Assembly (NCBI GenBank): GCA_964106915.2 | Contig: OZ066919.1 | DNA length: 64,000 nucleotides | Origin: Podarcis gaigeae | Lineage: Eukaryota | Strand: one strand, 5' to 3' | Shown: positions 62,668-64,000 of the stretch, in pieces | Numbering within the stretch: position 1 is the stretch's first letter | Layout: the number at the start of each line of letters is the position of its first letter | Notes under the pieces: generated by a model | Databases searched by the model: none | What the model was told of the DNA's origin: nothing | What the model saw: only the letters and a program-made list of their open reading frames with translations | Position numbers and translations under genes: made by a program

Positions 62668-63763
62668 CTATACTGAGCTGCTTCGACTTTGTTGCTCATG
62701 TGCATTCTACTATTCTATAAAGTGCTTGCTCTGGTTTTGCTCAGACAGTTTTGTCTGCCATGCTGTGCCCGTGGGAAACTGAAAAAGCAGCTCTCTGTCC
62801 ATTGCAATCTGCATCATGTAGGACTGTTACCTAAATTGCCATGTCAGGCATGAAACAGATCGCATGCCAAGTGTTAACTGGATATCACAATCGGGTGTTT
62901 TAAGTTTTGCAGGAGAGCAGGCAGTAGTTGCCGACCTAGTCCTGCCAACTACACTGAGAATTGTGGCAAAAACATTGATCAAAGCAGACCAGTGCATTGG
63001 ATACATATGCTTGGATGGGCACAGCTTCTCCAGCATTTGCTCCATGAACCCATGTTGAAGATGCAGGTGTGAGTTCTCAGCCACTCAAAAATGAAGGAAC
63101 CTGTACATAGAATTATAGAGTATGATCCAGCTGAGAGAGATTTCTCTGGCTGAGCCCACGTAAGAGGAACCAACTGCTAAAGTTCCTATTTAAATTCCAC
63201 CTGAGTGCTTCTCCACAACCTATTTCCCGTAGAAGGCAGGAAAGGAACATTTACTCTGCAGTCCTGTACTTCTGTAGGACGATGTAGAGTTGAATGGTGT
63301 TTTTCCTTCCTTTCATTGTTCTTTAGTTTTCTGGCAGTTGCATATTTGACTTACTGTAAAAAAAAAACCTCCCTTTTTACTAGTAGCTCTGGTTAGCCTG
63401 ACACAGTAGATATCACTGTGGCAGAAGGGGGGAGAGGAGTTCAGGGATTTGGGTCTGGTTTAAAGGCCAAATTTATATGGTGATCTGCAAAAGGGTCTAG
63501 GTACCAGGGTGGTTGTATCTTTGCTGCAGAGTATTGTTGAAAGGAATTTGCAGGATTGAAACAACAATTGGAATAAATTATTAACTCTTAATCCACCCAC
63601 AGAGCACGTTCCAAGATGCTTTATTCCCAGATGATTATTTGCCACATCAAGTGGTGGGAAAGCAGCTGGAGAGGTTGCAAGGAAAAGGTTGATTATATAC
63701 ACACCATTTCCTCCCTACATATCATGCCTCACTGGTGTGCAGAGGAGAAAGAGAGACTTGTAT

Positions 63764-63990
63764 TAGAATCATAGAGTTGGAAGAGATCTTTGAGATCATC
63801 TCATCTAGCCTGCTGAATGCACAATTTATAATGCATGATTAAACTACAGCACTTCCGACAGACCTACTGAAATACCTCCAGCAAAGGAGAGCCCATCACC
63901 TTCCAAGGCTCTCTGTTCACTGTCAAAACAGTTCTTACCATTAGCAAGTGTCTCCTAATATTTGGTAAAAAATGCTCCCTTGCAATTTTC
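63764..63990 (-). mobile_element. Old CR1 LINE 3' end
   Basis: tagaatcatagagttggaagag...cctccagcaaaggagagcccatcaccttccaagg...cagttcttacc; degenerate reverse complement of 30790-31000. Confidence 0.75.
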
Positions 63991-64000
63991 ATACAATGGT

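Overview
Eukaryotic genomic DNA, most likely from a squamate reptile (lacertid-like, judged from Sauria-type SINEs plus CR1, L2, Penelope and hAT/Tc1-mariner MITEs). The whole window lies inside one + strand gene, the LAR receptor tyrosine phosphatase PTPRF. Fifteen constitutive-type exons with GT-AG boundaries and continuous phase run from Ig3 (14799) through the FN3 repeats, the furin site, the transmembrane helix and the juxtamembrane region to the wedge (55488). The Ig1-Ig2 exons and phosphatase-domain exons lie outside the window. Four LAR-family micro-exons absent from the ORF track were read directly: 12 nt DPRE (meB), 27 nt LRFKDAIDH (meC), 12 nt SKQE and 33 nt GASGPSCPNIS. Less expected items are: a hidden antisense RAB6-family retrocopy fragment that stops exactly at the exon-2 end and continues into foreign sequence; an intact minimal hammerhead ribozyme in a Penelope-like insertion; two candidate undescribed in-frame micro-exons (18 and 21 nt); a candidate alternative terminal exon that would give a secreted Ig1-Ig2 LAR; a candidate recursive splice site; and an inverted SINE pair. 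Family names and orthologue comparisons are from recall, not from database searches.
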